Below, in pieces: positions 10,442 through 18,795 of a DNA stretch of 64,000 nt. Numbering within the stretch: position 1 is the first letter of the stretch; each line of letters starts with the position of its first letter. Made by a program: the position numbers and the translations under genes. Below the pieces are notes generated by a model. It worked only from the letters and a program-made list of their open reading frames with translations, was not told the origin of the DNA and searched no databases. Source of the stretch: an uncultured Chloroflexia bacterium (GTDB taxonomy: Bacteria; Chloroflexota; Limnocylindria; Limnocylindrales; CSP1-4); contig CAVXPZ010000001.1 of the NCBI GenBank assembly GCA_963763775.1, positions 192,001 to 256,000 of the forward strand, given 5' to 3'.

Positions 10442-10684
10442 TCAGTCCTCGTCGGGCCGGAAGATGTGCGGGGCGGCACACGCGTTGCAGATCGGCGTGG
10501 CCGAATCGAGATCGCCGAGTGGGATCGGCACCTTGCGATCGGGGAAGAGGCACTCCACGTCGTAGACGCGCTCGCCGCCGGCCTCGACCTGGATGAGGCG
10601 CCGGAACGTGCAGCGCTTGATCCGGTGCGGCGCGAGATGGAACGCGTCCGGCTGTTGCGGGATGACGGGGAGCGGCATGGCCAT
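10442..10684 (-). CDS. Small Cys-rich hypothetical protein
   Basis: 80 aa with RCTFRR...ECLFP...CNAC; upstream extended -10 TGCTAGGCT at 10747-10755 (minus strand). Confidence 0.65.
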   Translation of the reverse strand: MAMPLPVIPQQPDAFHLAPHRIKRCTFRRLIQVEAGGERVYDVECLFPDRKVPIPLGDLDSATPICNACAAPHIFRPDED

Positions 10685-10831
10685 GGGGCGTCGCGTCGGC
10701 CTCGATCCTGGTCGGCCGGATGGGTGCCGGTCGACTCTGGCGCCGGAGCCTAGCACCCGGCTTCGCGAAACGGCAAGGCGCGAAAGGTACTAGACTCCCG
10801 GCCGTTCCACCCACAGGCAGCCGGAGGGCGC

Positions 10832-12055
10832 GTGGCAGACGATCCGAACCCGGCCCCCCGCCGCGCCCGAAAGCCCGAGCCGGACCCTGTGCCGGCCGAT
10901 GCCGGGACCGATCGATCCGGGTCCTCCCGAGGAGCTGGCCGAGGGCGACGAGCCGGGCCTGACGCCCGAGCCGACCCCCGCGGGACCGGACGCCGACGTC
11001 GCGGCGGTCGACGCAGACCTGCCCCCGCCCGGCGACGAGCCATCAGCCGACGACGACCGTGCCGAGGATGCGGCCGAGACGGACCCGGATCCCTCGGTCA
11101 GCGACGAGCCCGACGTTGGCGCATTCGCCGACGCGACCGCCGCCACGGCCGTCGCGGAAGACGTGGCCGACCCCACGCTCGACGCGGACCGCGACACGAC
11201 GCTCTGGTCGTCGCCCGGGGTCGAGCCAGCCACATCACTGCCGTGGCTCCAGGCGCGGTCCCCGGACGAGCGGATCTGCCCGTTCCTCCGCGCCGTCGCC
11301 GACGACGACGGCCTCGGGTTCCCGGTCGAGTCGCCGGACGCCGCGAACCGGTGTGCGGCGATGCACGACGCCGTGCCGCAGTCGCTCCGCCAGCAGGAGC
11401 TCGTCTGCCTGACGCCGTCCCACGTGAATTGCCCGCGCTACCTGCGCGGTGCGGCGGCGACGAGCGAGCCCGTCACCGCGGCCGTCCGGCCGAAGGCGAT
11501 CCTCACCCCGGCCATCAGCGCGGCGCTCGTGATCCTGGCGCTGTCCTTCGCGGCTTCGGTCGTCTTCGGTCTCGCCAACGGCGGGCTGGCCATGCCATCG
11601 AAGGCCGCGGCGACGGGTCCGGCGGCATCGGCATCGCGGTCGCGGCCGGGCCATCCGCGGCGAACCCCACGGCGACCGCCCCGTCCACGAGCGTCCCGAC
11701 GGGCACGCCCGCGCCATCCGGGTCGGCCGCCCCCGCGAGCAGCGAGCCATCGGGGAGCCCGGCCGCATCGCCGTCCGTCGCGCCGAGCCCGTCGGGCTCG
11801 CCATCCCCGGCAGCGACACCGAGGCCATCGGTGCCGGTCGGCGCGACCGGGACCGCGGCACGGTACAAGCTGCTGACCGCGTGTCCGGACAAGCCGAACT
11901 GCTGGATCTACCGGATCCGCTCGGGCGACAACCTGTTCAGCATCGCCAAGTACTTCGGCGTGTCGATCGCCCGGGTGAGGACGCTCAACCCCTGGACGAA
12001 GACGACGCGGTTGAAGGCCGGCCAGAAGCTGATCCTCCCGCCGCCGACCCGCTGA
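10832..12055 (+). CDS. Membrane-anchored LysM protein with N-terminal Cys-rich motif (two compensating indels near 10905 and 11635)
   Basis: -10 TAGACT at 10791 and RBS GGAGG; acidic N-terminus, CPFL..NRC..CL..H..CPRY, TM helix, Pro/Ser linker, C-terminal LysM YRIRSGDNLFSIAKYFGVSIARVRTLNP...LKAGQKLILP. Confidence 0.8.
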   Translation: MADDPNPAPRRARKPEPDPVPADAGTDRSGSSRGAGRGRRAGPDARADPRGTGRRRRGGRRRPAPARRRAISRRRPCRGCGRDGPGSLGQRRARRWRIRRRDRRHGRRGRRGRPHARRGPRHDALVVARGRASHITAVAPGAVPGRADLPVPPRRRRRRRPRVPGRVAGRREPVCGDARRRAAVAPPAGARLPDAVPRELPALPARCGGDERARHRGRPAEGDPHPGHQRGARDPGAVLRGFGRLRSRQRRAGHAIEGRGDGSGGIGIAVAAGPSAANPTATAPSTSVPTGTPAPSGSAAPASSEPSGSPAASPSVAPSPSGSPSPAATPRPSVPVGATGTAARYKLLTACPDKPNCWIYRIRSGDNLFSIAKYFGVSIARVRTLNPWTKTTRLKAGQKLILPPPTR

Positions 12056-12214
12056 CGGCGCAGCGCCGGACCTCCCTCGGTCCGAGCCGACCTCGAGACT
12101 GACGCACCCGCGCGTCCCGGACTCGCGCATCCCGTCGCGCCTCCGGCGACCCCGATGACACCCGGACGCCCCGTGTCGGCGTCCCGCTGCGCCTGGCCAC
12201 GTGCAAAACAGGCA

Positions 12215-12276
12215 TTGACGTGGGGCATCGGGCCGCTAGAATGGCCAGAAGTGGCGCGAAGTGGTGACAAGTGGGG
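12215..12276 (+). promoter_or_regulatory. dcw promoter with MraZ-type direct-repeat operator
   Basis: TTGACG (12215)-16 nt-TAGAAT (12237), then AAGTGG repeats with GTGG at 12251, 12261 and 12271 (10-bp period). Confidence 0.75.
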
Positions 12277-12394
12277 AATCACAGCCGACCCGCGATGACC
12301 CGCCCGAGGACCACGACCGCCCAGGCCTCGCGACCGGATCCCGCGCCACGACATCGAACGCGGTCCGACATATCGACAAGGGGAACCCCGACTG

Positions 12395-12823
12395 GTGTTC
12401 ACCGGCGAGTACCGGCACTCGGTGGACGACAAGGGACGCATCGCCGTCCCGGCTCGATTCCGCCCGCAGCTCGACTCCGGCGCGTATCTGTCGCGCTGGA
12501 TGGAGTCGTGCCTCGCCATCCACACACCGGCCGGCTGGGAGAGCCTCGCCTCGAAGATGGCGGCCCTCCCGATCACCGACACCAATGGCCGCCTGTTCTC
12601 GCGCTTCGTCTTCTCGGGCGCGTCACCGGCGGAGCTCGACCGGCAGGGACGAGTCCTCGTCCCGGCCTACCTGCGCGACGAGATCGGCGTGACCGATGAG
12701 GCCGTCGTCGTCGGCACGCGGGACCACGTGGAGATCTGGGCACCCGAGCGGTGGGACGTCTACCGCCGGGCGCTCGAGGACCCACAAGCGCTGGCCCAGG
12801 CCTTCGAGGGACTGGGCATCTAG
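12395..12823 (+). CDS. mraZ: Transcriptional regulator MraZ
   Basis: MFTGEYRHSVDDKGRIAVPARFR and ELDRQGRVLVP (two DxxGR motifs). Confidence 0.96.
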   Translation: MFTGEYRHSVDDKGRIAVPARFRPQLDSGAYLSRWMESCLAIHTPAGWESLASKMAALPITDTNGRLFSRFVFSGASPAELDRQGRVLVPAYLRDEIGVTDEAVVVGTRDHVEIWAPERWDVYRRALEDPQALAQAFEGLGI

Positions 12824-12882
12824 CGCCACCACATGCGCTTCCAGGATCCGCTCGGGATCCGATCGTTCGGGATGGAGGAGAG

Positions 12883-13830
12883 ATGAAGGCAGGGCACGTT
12901 CCGGTGCTGGCGGTGGAGGTCGTTCAGATGCTCGCGCCCGCACCAGGCAGCCTTCAGATCGATGCCACCCTGGGCGGCGGTGGGCACACCGAGCGGATCC
13001 TGGAGGCGACCGACCCTGATGGCCGCCTCCTCGGCCTCGATGCCGATGGGGCGGCCGTCGCCAGAGTGGCCGATCGCCTCCAGCCCCGGTTCGGGGACCG
13101 CCTGGTCCTCCGCCAGGCGAACTTCCGCGAGCTCGCGACCGTCGCCCCGGACGCCGGCTTCGGCGTGGTCGACGGCTGCCTCTTCGATCTCGGGCTCTCG
13201 AGCTACCAGCTCGCGGACACGGACCGCGGGTTCGGGTTCCGCGCCGGCGGCCCGCTCGACATGCGCTTCGACACCTCGCGCGGCGTCCCGGCATCCGAGC
13301 TCCTCGCCACCCTCGATGCGGGCGAGCTGACCGCCCTCTTCCGGCGCTACGGCGAGGAACCGAAGGCGCCGCGCATCGCCCGGGCCGTCGTCGACGCGCG
13401 TCGGGTCGCCCCCGTCGTCACCGCCGAGGAACTCGCCGCGCTGATCGAGCGGGTCGCCCCGCCGAACCCTCGCCAGCCTCGGCGGACCCACCCGGCCACG
13501 CGGGTCTTCCAGGCGTTGCGGATCGCGGTCAACGAGGAGCTCGACGCCCTCGAGGCGGGCCTCGCCGCCGCCCTCGACCTCCTCCGGCCGGGCGGTCGCC
13601 TGGTCGTCCTGAGCTACCACTCGCTCGAGGACCGGATCGTCAAACGCTTCATGGCCGCGGAGCGTCGCGGCTGCGTCTGCCCACCCGAGGTCCCCGTCTG
13701 CGTCTGCGGCCGGAATCCTCGCCTTCGACTCGTCACGCGGCCATCGATGACGCCATCCGCGTCCGAGATCGCCGCCAATCCACGTGCCCGGAGCGCCCGC
13801 CTGCGGGCCGCCGAGCGCCTCGCCGCCTAG
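12883..13830 (+). CDS. rsmH: 16S rRNA m4C1402 methyltransferase
   Basis: HVPVL, DATLGGGGH, DLGLSSYQL, PLDMR, FQALRIAVN, SYHSLEDRIVK, NPRARSARLR. Confidence 0.96.
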   Translation: MKAGHVPVLAVEVVQMLAPAPGSLQIDATLGGGGHTERILEATDPDGRLLGLDADGAAVARVADRLQPRFGDRLVLRQANFRELATVAPDAGFGVVDGCLFDLGLSSYQLADTDRGFGFRAGGPLDMRFDTSRGVPASELLATLDAGELTALFRRYGEEPKAPRIARAVVDARRVAPVVTAEELAALIERVAPPNPRQPRRTHPATRVFQALRIAVNEELDALEAGLAAALDLLRPGGRLVVLSYHSLEDRIVKRFMAAERRGCVCPPEVPVCVCGRNPRLRLVTRPSMTPSASEIAANPRARSARLRAAERLAA

Positions 13831-13907
13831 GGCCCAAGTCCATCGAGCCGATGGTCGAGCCGGCCGGAGGGGCCGCGCCGCCGCCAGCAACGGAAGGAGG
13901 AGTCCAC

Positions 13908-14105
13908 ATGAGCAAGCGCCACCAATCGAGTCGTCGAAAGGCGTACGGCCGGCGTCTGCACGAGGTGCGCGAGCGCACCGACCGCCAGCAGCACCATGAG
14001 GGCTTCGAGCTCGAGCTCGACGAATGGGGTCCGTCGGCCCCGTCCGACCCGCTCGCCTTCCTTGACCCCCGCAGCCCGCGGCTGCGCTTCGCGTCGGCCG
14101 ATTGA
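13908..14105 (+). CDS. Small hypothetical protein (65 aa) inside the dcw cluster
   Basis: Strong RBS GGAAGGAGGAG before ATG 13908; stop abuts the ftsL start. Confidence 0.65.
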   Translation: MSKRHQSSRRKAYGRRLHEVRERTDRQQHHEGFELELDEWGPSAPSDPLAFLDPRSPRLRFASAD

Positions 14106-14107
14106 CG

Positions 14108-14503
14108 ATGGCCGTCTACGAGGGCGCCCGCCCGCGCACGATCGCTCCGCGGCCGATCGCGATCCCCGGCCGCCCGCGGGTCGCCGAAGGGTCGACGCTG
14201 GGGCGTCGCAAGATGCGGTCCGCGGTCCGCGCCGGCCGCCGGACCAACCGGCTCAGCCTCGTCCTGGGCGTCATCGTGGTGGCGTTCCTGCTCGCCTTCT
14301 TCTGGCTGGCCCAGGTCGTCCGGGAGTCGTCGACGAGCTACGACATCGGCCGACTCGAGGTCGTGCGGAGCCGACTCGACGCCCGCGCCCAGGAGCTGCA
14401 CTCGGACCTGAGCCGGCTCGGCAGCGAGCCGGCGATCCGGAAGCTTTCCATCGACGCCGGCCTCGGCCAGCTCGGAGAGCCGATCGTCCTGCCGGCCCGC
14501 TGA
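14108..14503 (+). CDS. ftsL: FtsL-like cell division protein
   Basis: Basic N-terminus, single TM helix, leucine-heptad coiled coil; position just before ftsI. Confidence 0.7.
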   Translation: MAVYEGARPRTIAPRPIAIPGRPRVAEGSTLGRRKMRSAVRAGRRTNRLSLVLGVIVVAFLLAFFWLAQVVRESSTSYDIGRLEVVRSRLDARAQELHSDLSRLGSEPAIRKLSIDAGLGQLGEPIVLPAR

Positions 14504-14519
14504 GCGATCGACCGAACCG

Positions 14520-16352
14520 ATGCTGGGTCGTACCGATTCCCGTTCCCGCCTCCTCCTCCTGCTGATCGTCTTCGTGGTCGCGTCGCTGGCGCTCATCGGC
14601 CGGCTCGCGTACTGGCAGGTCCTGCAGCGGGACATGCTGACCACCAGGGCGGTGGCCCAGACCACGGCCAAGGTGTCGGAGCCGACCCAGCGCGGCGACA
14701 TCTATGACCGGAGCGGGACGGTGCTGCTCGCGACGACGGTCGAACGCGACCGGCTTGTCGCGTCCACCGCGAACCTGACCCCGCAGCAGCGGAGGCAGAC
14801 CGCCGACGAGCTCGTCGGGATGCTCGCCCTCGATCCCGAAGGCGCGATGGCGCTCCGGGACAAGATCAACGCCGGGAAGCCGTACGTGGTCCTCGCCCGC
14901 GAGATCACGCCGGTGCTCTCCGCGCGGATCCGCAGCGGGATCGCGGCGAACCGGCTCTTCGGGATCGCGCTCGAGCCGGAGCCGGTGCGGGTCTATCCGC
15001 AGACGGGCGGTGGGCCGGACTCCTCGCTGGCCGCCCAGCTCCTCGGGTTCGTCAACCGCGACGGGACCGGCCAGTACGGGATCGAGCAGGCCTACCAGGA
15101 CACGCTCGCCGGCACGCCGCGAGTCGTCCTCGCCGACCGCGACGCCCGCGGCCAACCGCTCATGGACTCTGCGAGCGTCCTCGACGGCGGCGTCCCGGGC
15201 CAGGACCTCCGCACCACCATCGACGCCGGCCTGCAGCTCAAGGTGGAGCAGGAACTCCTCGCCGCGTGGGTCGCCGACAAGGCCAAGAGCGTGTCGGCCA
15301 TCGTCATGGACCCGTACACCGGCGAGGTCTACGCCGAGGCGACCTACCCCTCGTACGACGCGAACACCTACCGACAGGTCGCGACGGTCGATCCGGAGCG
15401 CTTCATCGACCCGGTGGTCTCGAGCGTCTACGAGCCGGGCTCCGTCTTCAAGATGATGACCGCCACGGCAGCTCTGGAGCACAATACGGTCGAACTCACG
15501 ACGAAGATCAAGGACACCGGCACGCTCAAGCTCGACGGCGGCCGGGACAAGATCGACGACGCCGACCGCAAGGGCCGTGGCTGGATGACGTTCCAGGACG
15601 GCGTCGCCTTCTCGCGCAACGTCGTGGCGGCCAAGGTGGCGCTCGGGATGGCGAAGACCACCCGCAAGGCCTCGGCGATCCTGTACGACACGTGGCTCAA
15701 GCTCGGCTTCGGGGCCAAGACCGGCATCGACCTCGCGAACGAGGTGTCCGGCATCGTCCGCGACCCGGGACTCACGCCGTGGAGCCAGATCGACCTGGCC
15801 AACGGCTCGTTCGGCCAGGGCGTGGCGGTCACGCCGATCCAGCTCGCGACCGCGTACGCGGCCCTGATGAACGGCGGCACGATGATCCAGCCGCACGTCG
15901 TCAAGGCCGTCGGCGACCGCGAGGTCGACGCCGTCCCGAAGGGGCAGGTCGTGGACCCGACGCTGTCCGGGCAGCTGGTCAAGCTCATGAACCGGGTGAT
16001 CTCGATCGTGCCGACCTACACGAGCCGGACCGAGGTGCCCGGCTACGAGGTCGGCGGCAAGACCGGCACGGCGCAGATCTGGGACTCGAAGGCCCGAGGC
16101 GGACGCGGGGACTGGAAGCGCAACCTGTTCAACTACTCGTTCGTCGGATACATCGCCCGCGAGAAGCACACGCCCGACCTGGTCGTCGCGATCCGGATCG
16201 AGGAAGGCAAGCCCACCGTCGCTCGCGTCGGCCAGCTCGAGATGCCCGTGATGTCGTTCCAGCTCTTCCGACGGATCGCCACCGATGCGATCACGACCCC
16301 GGACCTGCTCGCCGATCGTCCGCCGACGAACGGCCTGACGCCGGACCGGTGA
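14520..16352 (+). CDS. ftsI: Class B penicillin-binding protein (FtsI)
   Basis: RGDIYDR, GQYGIE, YEPGSVFK (SxxK), SRN (SxN), GKTGTAQ. Confidence 0.93.
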   Translation: MLGRTDSRSRLLLLLIVFVVASLALIGRLAYWQVLQRDMLTTRAVAQTTAKVSEPTQRGDIYDRSGTVLLATTVERDRLVASTANLTPQQRRQTADELVGMLALDPEGAMALRDKINAGKPYVVLAREITPVLSARIRSGIAANRLFGIALEPEPVRVYPQTGGGPDSSLAAQLLGFVNRDGTGQYGIEQAYQDTLAGTPRVVLADRDARGQPLMDSASVLDGGVPGQDLRTTIDAGLQLKVEQELLAAWVADKAKSVSAIVMDPYTGEVYAEATYPSYDANTYRQVATVDPERFIDPVVSSVYEPGSVFKMMTATAALEHNTVELTTKIKDTGTLKLDGGRDKIDDADRKGRGWMTFQDGVAFSRNVVAAKVALGMAKTTRKASAILYDTWLKLGFGAKTGIDLANEVSGIVRDPGLTPWSQIDLANGSFGQGVAVTPIQLATAYAALMNGGTMIQPHVVKAVGDREVDAVPKGQVVDPTLSGQLVKLMNRVISIVPTYTSRTEVPGYEVGGKTGTAQIWDSKARGGRGDWKRNLFNYSFVGYIAREKHTPDLVVAIRIEEGKPTVARVGQLEMPVMSFQLFRRIATDAITTPDLLADRPPTNGLTPDR

Positions 16353-16378
16353 CCGGGGCCGATGCCACGCTGGGCGCC

Positions 16379-17821
16379 GTGACCGACATCGACCCGCCGC
16401 CGGCCTCCGCATCGACCCCGGACGAGGGGCCGGCCATGACGGCAGAGGAGGTCGCTCGCCTGACTGGCGGGCGGCTCCTGGCGACGTCGTCGCGCACGAT
16501 CCGTGGCGCGGTCGTGGACTCCCGCGCGGTCGGTCCCGGGATGGTCTTCGTCGCCCTCCCGGGCGAGCGCACCGACGGGCACGCCTACCTCGCTGACGCC
16601 GTCGCGGCCGGTGCCGCCGCTCTCGTCGTGACCCGTCCGCCGGCCGACGCGGCGGCACTCGGCGACGTGACGGTGGTCCGTGTGGCCGACGCGCTGTCGG
16701 CCCTCGGCGCCCTCGCCGCCGGGTGGCGTCGCCGGTTCGACCCGCTCGTCGTGGGAGTGACCGGCAGCATCGCGAAGACGTCGACCAAGGAGGCCGTCGC
16801 CGCGGTGCTCGGACGACGGTTCCGGACCCTCAAGAACGAGGGCAACCTGAACAACGAGATCGGGCTGCCCCTGACCGTGCTGCAGCTCCGGCCCGAACAC
16901 CAGGCGGCGGTCCTCGAGATGGGGATGTACGTCGGCGGGGAGATCGCCGACCTCGCCCGGATCGCCCGCCCGTCGATCGGCGTCGTGACCGCGGTCCAGG
17001 CCGTCCACCTCGCCCGGATCGGTTCCATCGACGCCATCGAGGCAGCGAAAGCGGAGCTCGTCGAGGCCCTGCCGGCCACCGGGACCGCCGTGCTCAACGC
17101 CGACGACCCCATCGTCCGACGGATGGCGAGCCGGACCGCCGCTCGATCCCTCACCTACGGATTCGCCGAGGATGCCGACGTCTGCGCCGAGTCGGTGGTG
17201 TCGGCCGGCATCGACGGGATGCGCTTCACCCTGCGCGCGGCCGGCGAACGGCGGAGCGCGCGCACCCCGTCACTGGGCCGGCTCTCGGTCCACAACGCGC
17301 TGGCGGCGGCGGCGACGGGGCTCGCGGCCGGCCTCTCACTCGACGACATCCTGGCGGGGATCGCTGTCGGCTGGTCGGCGCCGCATCGCGTCGAGCTCGT
17401 CCGTCTCGGGTCCGTGACCGTGATCGACGACAGCTACAACGCCTCACCCGGATCGATGCAGGCCGCCCTCGAACTCCTCGCCGAGTTGCCCGGGCGACGG
17501 GTGGCGGTGCTCGGGGAGATGCTCGAGCTCGGGGACGCGCATGAGGCCGGGCACCACGCCGTCGGGGAGACCGCGGGCCGGGTCGCCGACCTGCTCGTGG
17601 TGGTCGGACCCGACGCGCGAGAGATGGTCGAGGGGGCGTCGGACGCCGGCCTGGCCGCGTCGCGGATCCATCATGTCGACGATGCCGCCGCCGCGCTCGA
17701 CGTCCTGCGGCCGCGGCTGCGCGACGGCGACGTCGTGCTGGTCAAGGCGTCGCGCGGGATCGGCCTGGACGTCCTCGTGGCGGCACTCCGCGCAGAGCAT
17801 GCCGGCGAGACCGCCCGATGA
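16379..17821 (+). CDS. murF: UDP-MurNAc-tripeptide:D-Ala-D-Ala ligase
   Basis: DSR, GERTDGH, GVTGSIAKTSTK, NNEIGLP, IDDSYNASP, LGEMLELG, VKASRG. Alternative start GTG 16349. Confidence 0.95.
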   Translation: MTDIDPPPASASTPDEGPAMTAEEVARLTGGRLLATSSRTIRGAVVDSRAVGPGMVFVALPGERTDGHAYLADAVAAGAAALVVTRPPADAAALGDVTVVRVADALSALGALAAGWRRRFDPLVVGVTGSIAKTSTKEAVAAVLGRRFRTLKNEGNLNNEIGLPLTVLQLRPEHQAAVLEMGMYVGGEIADLARIARPSIGVVTAVQAVHLARIGSIDAIEAAKAELVEALPATGTAVLNADDPIVRRMASRTAARSLTYGFAEDADVCAESVVSAGIDGMRFTLRAAGERRSARTPSLGRLSVHNALAAAATGLAAGLSLDDILAGIAVGWSAPHRVELVRLGSVTVIDDSYNASPGSMQAALELLAELPGRRVAVLGEMLELGDAHEAGHHAVGETAGRVADLLVVVGPDAREMVEGASDAGLAASRIHHVDDAAAALDVLRPRLRDGDVVLVKASRGIGLDVLVAALRAEHAGETAR

Positions 17822-18795
17822 CGGTGGAGCTGATCCAGGGGCTGCTCCTGGCGTTCGCCCTGGTCGTGATCCTGATGCCGCCCTACATCCGGCTCCTCCA
17901 GAACGTCGGGTTCGGGAAGCACATCCGGGCGGAGGGGCCGGAGAGCCACTACCGCAAGGAAGGGACGCCGACGATGGGCGGGCTCCTTGTCGTCGTGGTC
18001 GTGCTGGGGATCTACTTCTTCCTGCGGCAGCCCGATGCCGCGACCTTCGCCCCGTTGGCCGCGCTGGCGGGTGTCGGCTTCCTTGGGGCGATCGACGACT
18101 ATCTCAACGCGCGACGGGGGGAGGGGATCCGGGCGCGGCAGAAGCTGATCTGGCTGACCGTCGTCGCCGTCATCGCCGCCTACCAGATCCAGCAGACCTA
18201 CGACATCACCGCCATCGCGGTGCCGTTCGTGGGCGCGGTCGCGATCGATCCGCGGCTCTACATCATCTTCGCGGCGTTCGCGATCGTCGCCTCCGCGAAC
18301 GGCGTGAACCTCACCGACGGCCTCGACGGGCTGTCAGGCGGCACCGTCGCCATCGCGTTCGTCGCGTACATGCTCATCGCGCTGCTCAACGTGCCCAACC
18401 AGGCGAACCTTGCGCTGCTCTGCGCGCTGATCATCGGCGCGCTCCTGGGCTTCCTCTGGTTCAACGTCCACCCGGCCCAGGTGTTCATCGGCGACTCGGG
18501 GGCGCTCGCGCTCGGTGCCACGCTCGCCGTGACCGCGCTCATCACGGGCCAGATCCTCGTGCTGCCCCTCATCGGGATCATCTTCGTGGTCGAGACGATC
18601 TCGGTGATCGTCCAGGTGGGCTACTTCAAGTTGAGCGGCGGCAAGCGGCTGCTCCGCATGAGTCCGCTGCATCACCACTTCGAGCTCGGCGGCTGGGACG
18701 AGGAGAAGATCACGATCCGGTTCTGGATCGTCGGGATCCTCGCCGCCCTGCTCGGCGTGACCCTCTTCCTTGCGTCGCTGAGCCGCCTGGCGTGA
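17818..18795 (+). CDS. mraY: Phospho-MurNAc-pentapeptide transferase
   Basis: KEGTPTMGG, GAIDD, NLTDGLDGL, FIGDSG, PLHHHFE. Confidence 0.97.
   Translation: MTVELIQGLLLAFALVVILMPPYIRLLQNVGFGKHIRAEGPESHYRKEGTPTMGGLLVVVVVLGIYFFLRQPDAATFAPLAALAGVGFLGAIDDYLNARRGEGIRARQKLIWLTVVAVIAAYQIQQTYDITAIAVPFVGAVAIDPRLYIIFAAFAIVASANGVNLTDGLDGLSGGTVAIAFVAYMLIALLNVPNQANLALLCALIIGALLGFLWFNVHPAQVFIGDSGALALGATLAVTALITGQILVLPLIGIIFVVETISVIVQVGYFKLSGGKRLLRMSPLHHHFELGGWDEEKITIRFWIVGILAALLGVTLFLASLSRLA

Noticed and set aside
12100-12150. Short imperfect CGCGC-tccc repeats upstream of the mraZ promoter
   Set aside because: Too short and degenerate for this GC content; no spacer structure or cas genes, so not a CRISPR array.
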